This document shows positions 35,101 to 47,980 of a stretch of DNA of 64,000 nt, piece after piece. Positions within the stretch are counted from its first letter, which is position 1. Each line of letters opens with the position of its first letter. The position numbers were made by a program, and so were the translations under genes. The stretch comes from Vermamoeba vermiformis (taxonomy: Eukaryota). The stretch lies in the NCBI GenBank assembly GCA_045837725.1, contig JBEWZL010000201.1, positions 1 through 64,000 of the forward strand, given 5' to 3'. The notes beneath the pieces are model-generated. The model saw only the letters and a list, made by a program, of their open reading frames with translations. It did no database searches and was not told the origin of the DNA.

Positions 35101-37364
35101 ATGCTGTTGCTATACTACTTCATGCGAGGAGGCTGCTTCATCATTGCAGTAAGTAGCACTATGTGCACACAATTATTTGAAACTCCGGCAATTAATTATT
35201 TTGAAACAGTGTTGGCGAGAGTTGCAATAAAACCATTCAATGTGATTTTGGCTTAATATGTGTGAATAAGACATGCAGGTAATTTTTGAATTAAAAAAAT
35301 AAATTCAGTAAATATTTTTTGGACCTTCGATCGCGCCTCTTGCTCAAACAGTATTCTAATCAGCAATATTTACAGCTATTGTGTGGACGATATTCAATGC
35401 GAAAGACTCGATAAATCTGAGTTCCGTTGCATTGCACCAATACGTACTCTAAGCACGGGCATTGCCAATGATACGAGCGCGATCGATCCCAACGAAAAAC
35501 TGTGCCAGCACAAGCATTTATATCCTGGTAGCGGCAAAGATGTTGGTACGATCAATATTGGTTTAAATTTGTAACAATGATGTCGGTCTAATTTTCCGAT
35601 TGAATTCAGGCGGATCACTGATTATCTTCTTCGGCGGAATGTTAGCCGCTGGAGCAGGTGTTGGAGGCGGAGGACTATTTGTGCCTATTCTTATATTAAT
35701 ATTGGAGTTTACAACTAAGACCGCAATTCCGCTAAGCAACGTAAGGGTCCCTAAGCCGTATGTGACCATAATAATAACTGCTATTAACATTAGACTCTGA
35801 TTCTTGGCTCATCCGTTGTCAATTGGCTGCAAGTACGTACAATCAAGCAGTAGATAGCCCCACAGTATGAGTGTAATGACCTTATTTGAACAGATCGGCA
35901 TGAAGCGACATCCAACAGCGAACAGACCCCTGATTGACTACAAATTAGCACTCTTATTGCAGCCACTGTCCGTTGCAGGCACTATTATTGGATTCTTATT
36001 GAACACCGTGAGTACATCACACATTCGTAACACGTGACTCTGACTGACACGTGTCATTTGCAGGTGTTCCCCTCGTGGCTGATCCTCGTGCTGCTCGTCA
36101 TCACGCTGATCATCACCTCAGTGCTCACTACGCGCAAGGGACTCAACGTGCGCCGCAAAGAACACCAACAGCGCATGGTTCTGATTCCTGAGCTCAACAC
36201 GCCCAGTCCACTCGAGTCACCGCGCCCCTCTGACACTGAAGAGCCGCTCGGTTTTAATCCCGAAAAAGTCGAGCTTGAGAATGGCGAAGGTGGTGCGGGC
36301 GTGAGGTCAGCGACTGCATCCATGAACAGCTTGTCATTCAGCGGCGTTGAACTGGAAGACAAAACAGGGCCCGTGGACTGGAGTCCGCGCGACATGATTG
36401 ATCTGATCGGCAATGGACCGCGTACGTGATTTGTTGTGCTTGAACGACACCTGTCAAACTGAATCTCACGCATTCTTTCACAGCCCCCAAGCTCGAAATG
36501 TTGCTGCACAAAGAGTCCAAGACAAATGGAGTTATTGTTGCCATCATGTTTGGGCTCGTGTTTCTGATGATTGCTCACGCCCTGCTCATTGGTGGCAAGG
36601 CCTCAGCGAGTCTCGTGGGCATTCAGAAGTGCACGCCAGCCTATTGGGGCGGCTATTGGGCCATCTTCCCCGTGTTTGTGCTCGTCAACATTGCAGTGGG
36701 CTATTATTTAATTCGCGAAAACAATCTCAAAGAACAGCTTGGCTATCCATTCCAGGTACGAGTGATTTGAATGCTAAGACACGCGTTATATTAATACCTC
36801 TCCATATTAGGAAGGTGATATTCACTGGACACCGCGCACGACAATTATCATCAGCACTATTTGCATTGTTGCAGGCATTTTGTCGAGTTTGTTGGGCATT
36901 GGTGGAGGCATGGTCATTTCACCGCTGTTGGTAAGTCGAGCTAGATGAGTGTATTAATCACGTGCTGACACTCCTCGCAGCTGCAGTTCAATGTCCTGCC
37001 TGAGGTGACAGCTGCCACGTCGAGCTTTATGATTGTAAGTGACTTGCCTAATTAGGGTAATGACTCGAACTAACTCCCTCGACAGATGTTCACAGCACTA
37101 GCAGCGGTCGTGCAGTACATTATTGCTGGCCGCATTGTGCTCGACTACGGCATTTTCTTTGCAGTGCTGGGCGTGGTGAGTTCAGTGCTGGGCCAGACCA
37201 CGCTGACTTGGTTCATTCGCAAGTACAAGAAGCAGAGTCTGCTCGTGTTCGTCACTGCATTCATCATCTCTGCCTCGACAGTCCTGCTCTTCATCAGTGG
37301 CCTGCAAACTATCATCACGCAGTATCAGGCTGGAGTCTCGATGGGATTTCACAGCTTGTGTTAA
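35101..37364 (+). CDS. TauE/SafE (TSUP) family membrane protein
   Basis: AAGAGVGGGGLFVP, RHPTANRPLIDY, SLLGIGGGMVISP, PEVTAATSSFM repeats; multi-exon; start codon uncertain. Confidence 0.85.
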
Positions 37365-37458
37365 TTGTAAATAAAATCGAACGGCTAGAATTAAAAGAGT
37401 TTATGTACATATGAAAAGTCGCTACTATAATACAGAGGGTTTTATGTCTTGCAGCTCT

Positions 37459-40400
37459 TTAGCCACGCGATGCCAGCTCGCGCATTTCAAGAGTTCTGCG
37501 GTGTCGTTCAATCATCTCGCAGATGTCATCGAAGGACGGTCGCTTGTCAGGGTCAGTGTTCCAACACTTCAGCATCACATCGCGCCACATCGGGTCACAG
37601 TCCTCGGGGATGGGCGGCACTAAATGCTCGTCTCTTATCCGCACTCCAACTTCAATCGGGTCAATGTCTGTGTGCGGCTCTTTGCGCGTCACAATCTCCC
37701 AGACAACAATGCCAAAGGACCAAATGTCCGAGGCCTTGGAGTACTCGTTGTTGCTCAGGGACTCAGGGGCCATCCAACGAATGGGACCAATGTTGGACTT
37801 GGTGGTACCGACTAGTGTCTCGCTCAGGGGACGACTCAAGCCAAAGTCCTATTGACAAACAGATGAGCATCAAAATAGCAATACGAGTAATTCAAAGAAT
37901 ACTTACGGATACTTTGGGCTCGCCGTCACCTGACAACAAGATATTTCGTGCGGCCAGATCTCTGTGGATGATATTCGCCTTGTGCAAGTGATACATGCCC
38001 TTGGACACGCCAGAGATGATGCGCAGTCGATAGGCGTCTGTAATGTCCTTGTCTTTGTCCTTCAACAGCTTGTCGAGACTACCGCCAGAGCAGTATTCGA
38101 GAATGAGTGCGGGGAATGGACCGTCGGTGCTCAGGCCGAGAATTTGCACCACATTGGGGTGTGGTCGCATATTTCTGATGGAACACGTTAGTATAATGGC
38201 AGTATTAAACTCGATCGAGTACGTACACCATGAGGGTGGCCTCGCGGTAGAACTCGCTTGTCGATGAGGTGCTGACTTTGAGTGCCACTGTTGTGCGCTG
38301 CCACTCGCCAATATGAACGCGACTGAAGCCACCAGCACCAATCTCTTGCAAGAATATCAACTCTGAATAGGGCACATTCAACTTCAGGTGACCGGTTTGA
38401 GTCTTGTTCATCGTATCGCCTCGTCCCGTGAGACCTGATGATGAAGATGTCAATAACGCAGATCTGATTCATCGCAGTCGTTCAATCACTTACGATTAGC
38501 GTGCACGTTGTTCTTGGAGCTAATAGACGTGTATATAGGACTGTGCGGTGGCTTTACGGGTGACATCGCCACGGACCCAGGAGTGGAGGACGAGGTGTCT
38601 TCTACTAAATATGGATCAGTATGAGTCACACGCGATTAGTTAAATCAACATACGTTGTTCTGCGCCGTGTCTCTTTTTCTTGTTGTAGCGCCAGAAGTAG
38701 ATAAACAACACCGCGCCAATAGCCACACCCACGACCGGCACAATCGTCGCGACAATGATCACTTTAGGTTCCACCGTTTCAGCCGGTGTGCTAGTGGGTG
38801 TTGGCAGGACATTGGAGTCATTCAACACGGCAGGTGTGCTCATGGGTGCGTCAGTACTCGGTGAGGCACTTGGTACTGCGGCTGGTTCTGAGGCAGGAGT
38901 CACATCCACACTCGGCGTGCCCGGCTCAATGACTGTCAATACACAGCCCGTGCTGATTGGATTGGTGCGCTGATACCCGTTTTCACATTTACACGAGGTC
39001 GTGCACCAATCACCGCCGTCACAATCGTCGAGAAGTGTCACTTTGCCATCACCGCAGACTGCAATGACACGTGTCAGAAGAGATACTTTCACTGAAAACT
39101 CGTTGATTAAGCCGTACCTAACGATTCAATAGTCCACGACACCACGCTGCGTGTCAAGCCATCGCCACCAGTAGTCGAGTCACCGATGATCAAGGTCCAG
39201 TCCCCTGTTATATTCCAGCCTTGCAGTGCACTTAATTTGGCTGTTTGATTCTTGTTCTGTGAACGAAATTGTTAGGCATAATTTGGTTTTGATTGACGCG
39301 CGACTTACGGGTGGAAAATATTCGCCAGAAATGTCAGACCTGAAAAATCTTGGCAAATCTCGAATAGTAAACAGCTCGAGCACGTTGAATGTGACGTAGA
39401 ATGGTTGAGCAGCTGTCAAATTGCCGAGATTGCGTGATGGTGGATTAACGGATCCTCGCTCCGCAAACAACATGATGGGCGCATTAGCATCGTCGCGGTT
39501 AGCATAAGCCTCGCCATAATCAAATGCCCCTAAAGCACCTGTCCAAGTCACGCCTGCGACAGAGGATCATTAGGATTTGGTTGAAATTTCACACCATAAA
39601 TTGCTGGTCCAGCAGTACGTACCAGGAGGCTGCAAATAGACGTAGAGCCGTTGAGTATCGGGGTGTTCAATAAACATGCCAATACGCAGCCATTGAAGCA
39701 TACCAGGGTTGCTGATGGTGATTGGCGTCAACACGGTGAAACTGCAACACAATGTCAGACTACTTGACACGATCACGCCGTAATTATTTTACTTACGCAT
39801 TGGATGCGAAATCTTGCGCACCACTTGAACTCCAAGTTGAGGTGGGGGCTGTTAATAAGGACGTTAATAAATCTAAAAGAATAAATGATGTTGCGAGATC
39901 TACACACCAATTTCACAGTTCTTGCCGGGCGGCATGGCGGGAATAAAGCCAGATCCACATCGACAAGTCGCCAAACAACCCAGCCCTCCATCGCACGTCT
40001 CGTTTGGATAAGCTACGCGTCCATCGCCGCAGACTGGTGGGGCACATCCGCCCTGGCCATTAGAAGCAGTGCCAGCAGGACACAGACAGGTCGTAGGGTC
40101 ACATCCCTCACCACCGTCGCACTGTTCGTTCGAGGCTAAAATTCCATCGCCACACACTGAAACATTTTAAGATTAATCAACAACATGTCACGCCGATCCA
40201 CGTCTTAATTGTCCGAGATACGTACCATTTGTGTCAATGAACCAGTCTACTAGTAGTCCATCTTGGTTGTTCACGCTGCCGTCTACTCCGACTATTAAAG
40301 TCCAATCTCCTGCCTGATTCGTTCCGTACAGATTCCATAGCTTGCCTTCATTATTCGTGTCCTTAAATAGAGAAAAATGTCATTATAATTATCAAAAATA

Positions 40401-41007
40401 TTTTGCTCTCTTCTTAAAGTTAAATTAATCTTACCGATGGTGTAAACAGGCCGGTCAATCCATCTCCGAACGGAGCAGCAGGGAGACTGTTCTTTGCTGG
40501 ATAAATAGGGTCCGTTGATGTTGAAAATCGTAAATAAGAGCTGCTATTAAATGACGTGCTATTTGTATCAAATGTTCCAAAATCGTTGTTCGATCCGACG
40601 CCACCGATCAACATTACATTGCCGGAAGAGACATCGGCGTTTGCAAATCTGTCTTCTATATGCCACGATGATATATTTCCTATCCAGCTGCTTCCTACAA
40701 ACGAATTTCTTATTAGTATTGTAATTACACCGAATCCACGGTGAAAAAGTTTGACATAATTAAGGGCAATTAATTAATGAATACCTGGAGGTACTAAGAA
40801 GACATATAAACTGCTTGTTAAGGTCTTCTCTATTCGAAAACCAACTCGTATTGAGGATAAACTTCCAGATGGTGATAAAGTTAAAACTGATGTTGTCCAA
40901 CTATTGACTGCTAGTGTAGTATTCGTTGCTCCTAACATTAAACCTGCCTCTACAATGCTAATGGTTGTCATAAATATCAAAATTGCAGCAACACAAAGCC
41001 TTGTCAT
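37459..41007 (-). CDS. single-pass receptor kinase with tyrosine-kinase signatures; ectodomain of P-domain-like modules and CGDG Cys-rich repeats
   Basis: Signal peptide MTRLCVAAILIFMTTISIVEA; CGDGILASNEQCDGG-type repeats; S/T/P stalk; TM VIIVATIVPVVGVAIGAVLFIYFW; kinase GAGGFS, VALK, HRDLAARN, DFG, GPIRWMAPES. Confidence 0.88.
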
Positions 41008-41610
41008 TGTGCAGTGTCGTAGCTGGTTTTTAAGGAGCTAATCTGGTACACAGTCTACGAATTACAATCAAACACTAACAGGCATGGACCTGTGCTGATA
41101 ACTTTTAGAAAATAGAGATAATAAATTAACCTGACAGGAAATCAAATTGCGAAAACTAACCGCAATTATGGAGAAATCCAGAAAAAACCACGCACGATCC
41201 GAGATCCATAAAAATTCGCATGAGAAATTGCGAGATAGATTCTTGTCTTTGATATTGTGACACCATTTGATATGTACTTCGTTGTGAATAACACAGTTGG
41301 TAAAATCGCAGTACGAGTAGTTTGCAGCGCGAAATTGAATTCTAACGTACTTTGAATAGGCTGTGATTCTTTAAAGTTTTAATTAGGCCTTGTGGTTAAC
41401 TCCGACAGGTAAATCTCCTCATATAAATCCTTGAAGATACTGAGTCTTCGGGCGAAGATCCAGATCCAAATTGCAAGTAAAATACATTTATTAGTCTTAA
41501 ACAACAAACCTAATTGCAGTAAAAGTCGTTATTATAGTTTGGGATATATGTACAGGTAAATTAGAGCTATCAAGCTTTGTTTAAAGGGTCTTAAACTTGC
41601 GTGTCGAGAT

Positions 41611-44361
41611 CTACTTCTTATGCAATCGATGGCTGCGACGAACGGGAGTGGGCATTTCAACGTGAGCAGCCTATAAATAGCACATTATTATCTGCAGCGT
41701 AAAAGCGGAAAATCTTTTTAACCTACCTTGTCGAGTACAGGCACCATTTCGCTGTACAAACCGAATCCGTGCTCCGAAGGGACTTTTTGGAACTGTTTGT
41801 AGAGCGAAGGATGTACTTTCTTATAGGCCACGAAGACTGGTGCAGGGGCGTTCAAGATCTCACCCGGCAACAATGAGAGTCGCTTAGCCTCCTCGACCTC
41901 TTCTTCTTCGGTGATAGGCTCAGCAAGCGCTGCTTTCTTCTCGCGCTTCTTACGCTCGCCTTGCTTCTTGTTCTCTTGCAAGGTGCGCATCAATTCTTCG
42001 GCCGAGGACAAGATCTTCTTCTTGCCCTTCTTCGGCTGTTCAAAGGTCTTCAAAGCCTTATTCGGAGTGTAGCTGTATTGAACCTCTTCGAGCATCTTAG
42101 CAACGTCTTCATCTTGTTTTCTATTTAAAAATTCGGTTAAATTTCGTATAAAATCAACGGATCTGGTGCGTTAAAATATACCTCGCGTGAGGGACCAACC
42201 GAACTGAGCGGCGAGCAGGAGTCAAAGCAATTTCAGTGCCAAACTCTTCCTTCTCCTTCTTGCTCAGCTTGTGCTTCTCAAGGACGTAGTAAGTGTCGTC
42301 TTGCACGTTAGCATCGACCTTGTCAAACACGAGGGTCACTTTCTCGTTGCTCGGGGTCTCATCTTCGACAGGGGCAGGAGGCTCAACGATAACTTGTTGT
42401 TGTTCGCGGTGCTCCTCTTCAACGTCATCAGACATCGGCACGTCATCTTCACCGTAGTAGCTCGTGGGCTGGTTGTCGGTGGCAGATGTCAAGCTGTCAA
42501 GGCTGTCACGATCAAAGTTCAGCGAGCGAGGCTGAACGACAGTTGTCTCAGTGTTCTCGACCAACACACGGCCAGCCTTGCCCAGTGGCGTCATAGACAT
42601 GCGTTGAGCCTTCTTAAATCCAGCCAACTTGCTGCGAGGAGTCTTGGCGGGAGTGACGATCAAACCACCTTGAGGAATGTAGTAAGGCGTCTCTTCTTCT
42701 TCAATCGGGTCCAATGGCGCTTCTTCGTGGTGATCCATCTCGACAGCCTCAATCTCAGTGGCGGGCTCGAATTCATGATCGTAATTCTCTTCAATGGCGA
42801 GGTCGGCAACAGCTTCAGTGACTTGCTCGACTTCGGGCTCAGCAATGGGTTCAACGGGACGAGGTGCTTCGACGACGGTCTCGCGCACAGGCTCAATCTT
42901 GATTTCAACGGGCTTTTGCTCGACTTTGACTTCTTGCTTCTTCTCGGCAGCGGCCTTGTTTTGACCAGCGAGACGACGCAGAGTGGCCATGAATTGTTGC
43001 AAGCCATTGTGAATCATTTCAATGGGCGTGGCTTGGTTGCGTGTAGCAGCCTCAAAAGTGCTGATGGCGCGCTTGTAATCGCCGTGACGCTCTTCAACCT
43101 TGGCACGGAAGAGCCAGTAGAAGGCACACTTTCTGACAACGGGCCATGAAGCCTCAAACTGCATGGCGTCAAATGCAGCCATTACTTGCTCGTAGTTGTT
43201 GCCCTTCATGATGCGCATGCACTTTTGAGCGGCGCAGTGACGAATGATTTCTTTGGCCACCTTGCGAATGGTGCGCTTGAAGAAGCTGTTGTTGGCCACG
43301 ACTTCGGTCAATTGTTTGAATGCAGCGACGTTGCTCTCGGGAGTGAGTTCAGAGAGCAATTGACGCGCAGTCACACCGCCGAGTGTCAAACGACGAGGAT
43401 CACTGAGCGGATCAAACATTTTGTAGGGATTGCTGAACATGGCTTCAGTGGCTGGAACAAACTTGAATGCGCTCTGCATCGAGTCTTGGGACTGATGACC
43501 GACAGGCTTGGCAGGTTTCTTGACCACGGGCTTGGCGGGAGTTTTGAACTCAACTTGTTCGTGGTCGCACGGTCCCGCGTGTTTGCATTTCTTGTGGAAC
43601 GGCGACACGACACCCGCTGGTTGGTTGTAGCGCGGTTGAGTCGATTGTCTCTTCTTCTCGCGCTCCTTTTGCTTTTGTTCTCTGCATAATAATATTAATT
43701 AACGTTGCCTAAGAAACTAAGATCCGCACGACTTACTCTTTTTCTCTCTTCCATTTCTCTAACAAGAGTCTTCTATCGATAATAGCCTGGTCGTTGGCTT
43801 GTTGTTGCTGAATAGTTTGCAACAATTTGTTCTTCTCGCTCTTATCGTCAGCCTCGTCAAAAGACATTTCAAGCTTTCGCTTCAACAAATTCATTGACGC
43901 ATCCGCTAATCACTATGGTTAGACACGTAGTCATATTGCCATATTATTACTTACAAAGTACTGACGAGGTTTCAGTACGAACGCTAGGTGTCATAGGAGC
44001 GGCAGGAATTTCAGATCTTCGTTTAAACTTGTGGTCAATTTGAGTAGTCTGAGGCACCTTGGCAACTGACGGTGTAAATATAGCGGTAGATTTTCTAACG
44101 CTGGGAGTCTTGGCATTCACTGCTCTATAAAATAATTATTTCAATATCAATAATTATTTCTCGATCTCAAATCATTATTCTTCATACTGGTTCTCTTTAG
44201 TTGCAACGAGTGATTGGCGCTTCTTTTCTTCTCTCCATTTTTTAAGCTCTTCTTCCATATTACGGAGCTTTTCTTTGCCTAATAAATAAATTTTAAGACC
44301 AGATTTACTTACAGAATATTGCCAACTTACTTGATAAGCCCGGTGTAGCACGAACGTCCAT
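41611..44361 (-). CDS. CKAP2-like microtubule-associated protein (tentative)
   Basis: FYWLFRAKVEERHGDYKRAISTFEAATRNQATP resembles the CKAP2 C-terminal domain; repeated TP(A/V)RRS.RL motifs; many S/TP sites; multi-exon. Confidence 0.55.
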
Positions 44362-44508
44362 GATTAGTTAGGTTGCCTTTTGTTGCTCTTCCTTACCTGT
44401 GCTAATGAAAAGAGTGAAAAAACGGTTACGAAAAGTATTTGAAAAAACGCGGGCAAAAAAGTGCGCGAACTAGATCGACGCGACAGTTGTGTTATTAGCA
44501 GCGCAACA

Positions 44509-46254
44509 ATGTCGGAACCTCCACTTAAAAAGCGAAAATTAGACGAAGGTGCTGAAGTCTCAAAGGCTGCAGACGAACAAGAGAATCCAAGATCAGAACA
44601 CGACGATCAAGATGAAGATCCGAGCCAGAATAATTCCGAAGAAAATAGTAGTGATAATGAGGGACTTAGCTTCGCCTCTAACAGCATCGAAGAGGAAGAG
44701 TTTATAAAAATATTAAAGTCTAAAGAATTATTTAAGGAGTGGGTCGATAAGCAAAAAGAAAAAGGCATGGACGCGGATGATATATTCTTTAAATTAGGAT
44801 TTCCCGAGGAGATGGTAATGACGTTGTCGATTAAGGTGATTGCTAATTACTTAATTAAAATTAACGAGCTTGTGTTTCAATTAGCAGCGCATCGATCACT
44901 ATCATTCACATTTTTAAATTATTATTATTACAGGGTTTGGGAGAAGGCTTGCTCGAAAAAGTTCTCGAACAAGACGATCCCTTCGAGACTTTGCAAGAAA
45001 TTCATTCGGAGATTGAAGAGATGGCAGAACTGCTTATGAATCATCGCAAGAAACTTCCAGACATTAACACAGCTGAAGATGCCATTGAGCGGATTAAGAA
45101 CGCCAAACGAGTGCTCGTAGTGTCAGGTGCGGGAGTGTCAGTCTCGAGCGGCATTCCTGACTTCCGCTCACCCGGTGGTACGTCCTAATATGCATTAAGA
45201 TACTCACTCGAACACTACTGACCATTGTTAGGCCTCTACGACCAAATTCAACAAAAATACACCTTGCCGGATCCACATTGTTTGTTCGACATTAACTATT
45301 TGAAGAAGGATCCAGTCCCATTCTTCGATTTCTCAAAGGTAGTACCCGACGCCCATTCTCTGTGTCTATTGATTACTCATTGATTTGTTAAATAGCAACT
45401 CTACCCTGGTGAGGCTAACCCAGCACCAGGCCACAAGTTTGTTCGCCTGTTAGAATCAAAGTCGCAATTACTGCGTAATTACACACAAAATATTGACACG
45501 CTGGAGAAGATTGCCGGCATTAACAGAGTGTTGTTATGCCACGGCAGTTTTGCTACAGCCTCGTGCATCACTTGCAAAGTCAAAGTTGAAGGCGAGTCGT
45601 TACGAGAAGAAATCATGGCCAGTGTAGGTGTTACTAATACGAACAAATACATTGCTAACTGATCGTAGAAAATACCTTATTGCAAACAGTGCAAAGACGA
45701 GAAGAGTTTCATGAAGCCAGGTAAGGCTGCGGTACTTGTTGTCAAGCAATATAAATACTTACATACTCTCAGATATTGTATTCTTTGGCGAAGCATTGCC
45801 GCAAGAATTCTTCGACACAATTCAAGAAGACTGCACCAAGTGTGACTTGTTGATTGTCATGGGCTCATCGCTCAAAGTGCACCCCGTAGCGCTCATTCCT
45901 CGTGCGTATTGTCATTCAACGTCCAAGAATGTCGTGTATTAACATTTGACAGGTGTCATTTCTGAATTGCATCCTGAAGTACCGCAGCTGCTGATCAACA
46001 ATCAAGTGGTCTATGAGCCACACGAGTGGGACTACTGCTTCTTGGGCAACATTGACGACTCGGTTAAGTTGATCTGTGACACGCTAGGATGGAATTTGGA
46101 CGATACTGCGCAAGGGTTACCGAAGGCTGAAGCTATTCTGCTAACTCCGAAGAAAAAAGCGATCAATGTGAATAATGTGAGCGTGAACAATACTGACAAT
46201 GACGTTGATCCACCCAATACCTCCGCGTCATCGAGCGAGGCTGCTGACAAATAA
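44509..46254 (+). CDS. SIR2: Sir2/SIRT1-class NAD-dependent deacetylase
   Basis: [61 protein letters not shown]-terminal NLS PPLKKRK. Confidence 0.93.
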
Positions 46255-46308
46255 ACTGTATAATATTGATATGACCTTCAAGCGTTGTTTATTACCACGG
46301 GTGCTGTG

Positions 46309-47852
46309 CTACTGTTGAGGGCCAAAAGATGTGACGAGCATGTAACAGAGGAACACACCCATGTTGTACGCCAAATCGAGGACTGTAGCGCTCTCAACAG
46401 AAGTTTGAATCATTGTTTCAGTCTCGTCCTCGTCGAACACTGGCACCACGTCATTGCCTTCAGTAACACGTGTCACTTGGGTCTTGTAGCTCTTGAAGTA
46501 TTCACCTGTCAAGAACAAGCCAATGACTGGCATCCACACTGTGCACACGATCAAGGGCATGCCTAGAGGCACGTGCAACAGACCTACGAGAGACCATTAG
46601 AGAATTGATGACGCATTTAATATGTACGTACCGAACAAGATACTGCGAACTAGACCGACGAACCAATTCGAAGTGTATCGTCTGAACACGTCTTCTTCGT
46701 AGTAAATGATGCACGGTGTGAGCACGAAGAACATCACTCCGACCACGGCCCACAGTCCCATCTTCACTTGCGGGGGCAGATCTGCATCGCGAATAATGTC
46801 CATTGCTGTAGCATTACGTCAATAAGAATGCTTCGTATCACTGCCGCTATTAATATCTTACCAAATGAGGTGTCGTTCTGATACAAGCTCCACTGAAACA
46901 CTTCTTTCTGCTTCACATTCGCGACACCTACCACACCTATAATCGCTGCTGCGGCACCAATAATCATCAAAATTGTCGTCAGTACGTGACGCACGCGAAT
47001 TCTCGTGTAAAAAGACAAAAAGCTGCAGGATAGTAATCGGTTAGACTCGTGATAAATGTCGAAGTTGAGCCAGATCCACGTACCTCAATAGATATTGTCG
47101 CTCTAATATCAACACGAATAAAAACTCGAGTGTTAAACAGCCCGAGAACAGCACTAAATTCTTTGAAAAATACGCACTGGCTGCAGCTCCTAGTGTCACC
47201 AATGTGTCAATATCAAAAAATCTCCGTAATATCTTATTAACGCAGCCTTACCTATGTACAATATTAAATATTTAATTGATGTTGGCAAGTTGATGGATCC
47301 CAAGCGAAGAACTTGTTTTTTGCTGCTTGGTGCTTGCACTTGTTCTTGTTCAGCTGAAATTTGAAATATTAATTATCTACTGCTATTGTGATATTATTAA
47401 TGTCATTAATCTTACTTTGTTCACGTTTATCTTCAACTTTTTGTTGTCTGAATAAAGAAAACGTCAGACTTTCTTAGTAATTTTTGTTGGATGTGCTCAA
47501 AAATTACCTTCCGTTCAATTGATAGTGCGCATGACAAAGCCACTCATTAGACGTGGAGCCAGAATAATATTTTTGCAGTACCAATCTAAACCGTAATAAT
47601 TATTAAACTATTGTTTCCGGATCAGTGTTCTTACGCAATTGTAATTAAGATCTCTATGTGGGTATAATACTATATACTTTATTAAATTTATTACCTGCCC
47701 TTCTTCATGCGATCCACTCGCACAAAGCGTTTTTCGTCCTCGTCAGTGCATCCACAATAAAGACAGACCTTCTCGGTGTTAATACGTTCGACACCGTCTT
47801 TACTAACGCCTTTTAAGCCTCGGCGCTTAATAGCGGTCGGAATAGTCGCCAT
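46309..47852 (-). CDS. hypothetical protein: N-terminal C2CH (THAP-like) zinc finger + multi-pass membrane domain
   Basis: Exons join in frame across GT-AG introns: CLYCGC-x34-CHAHY, then about 6-7 hydrophobic helices. Confidence 0.6.
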
Positions 47853-47980
47853 TTGTTGTTGACGACAAAGATCTACACAAAAAAAGAAAATTTCGTGACA
47901 AATCAAACCTAAGCACCTCAACTCAAAGATCATGACACTATATTTATTATAGCATTTAAAACGTTATTTATGTCATAGCA

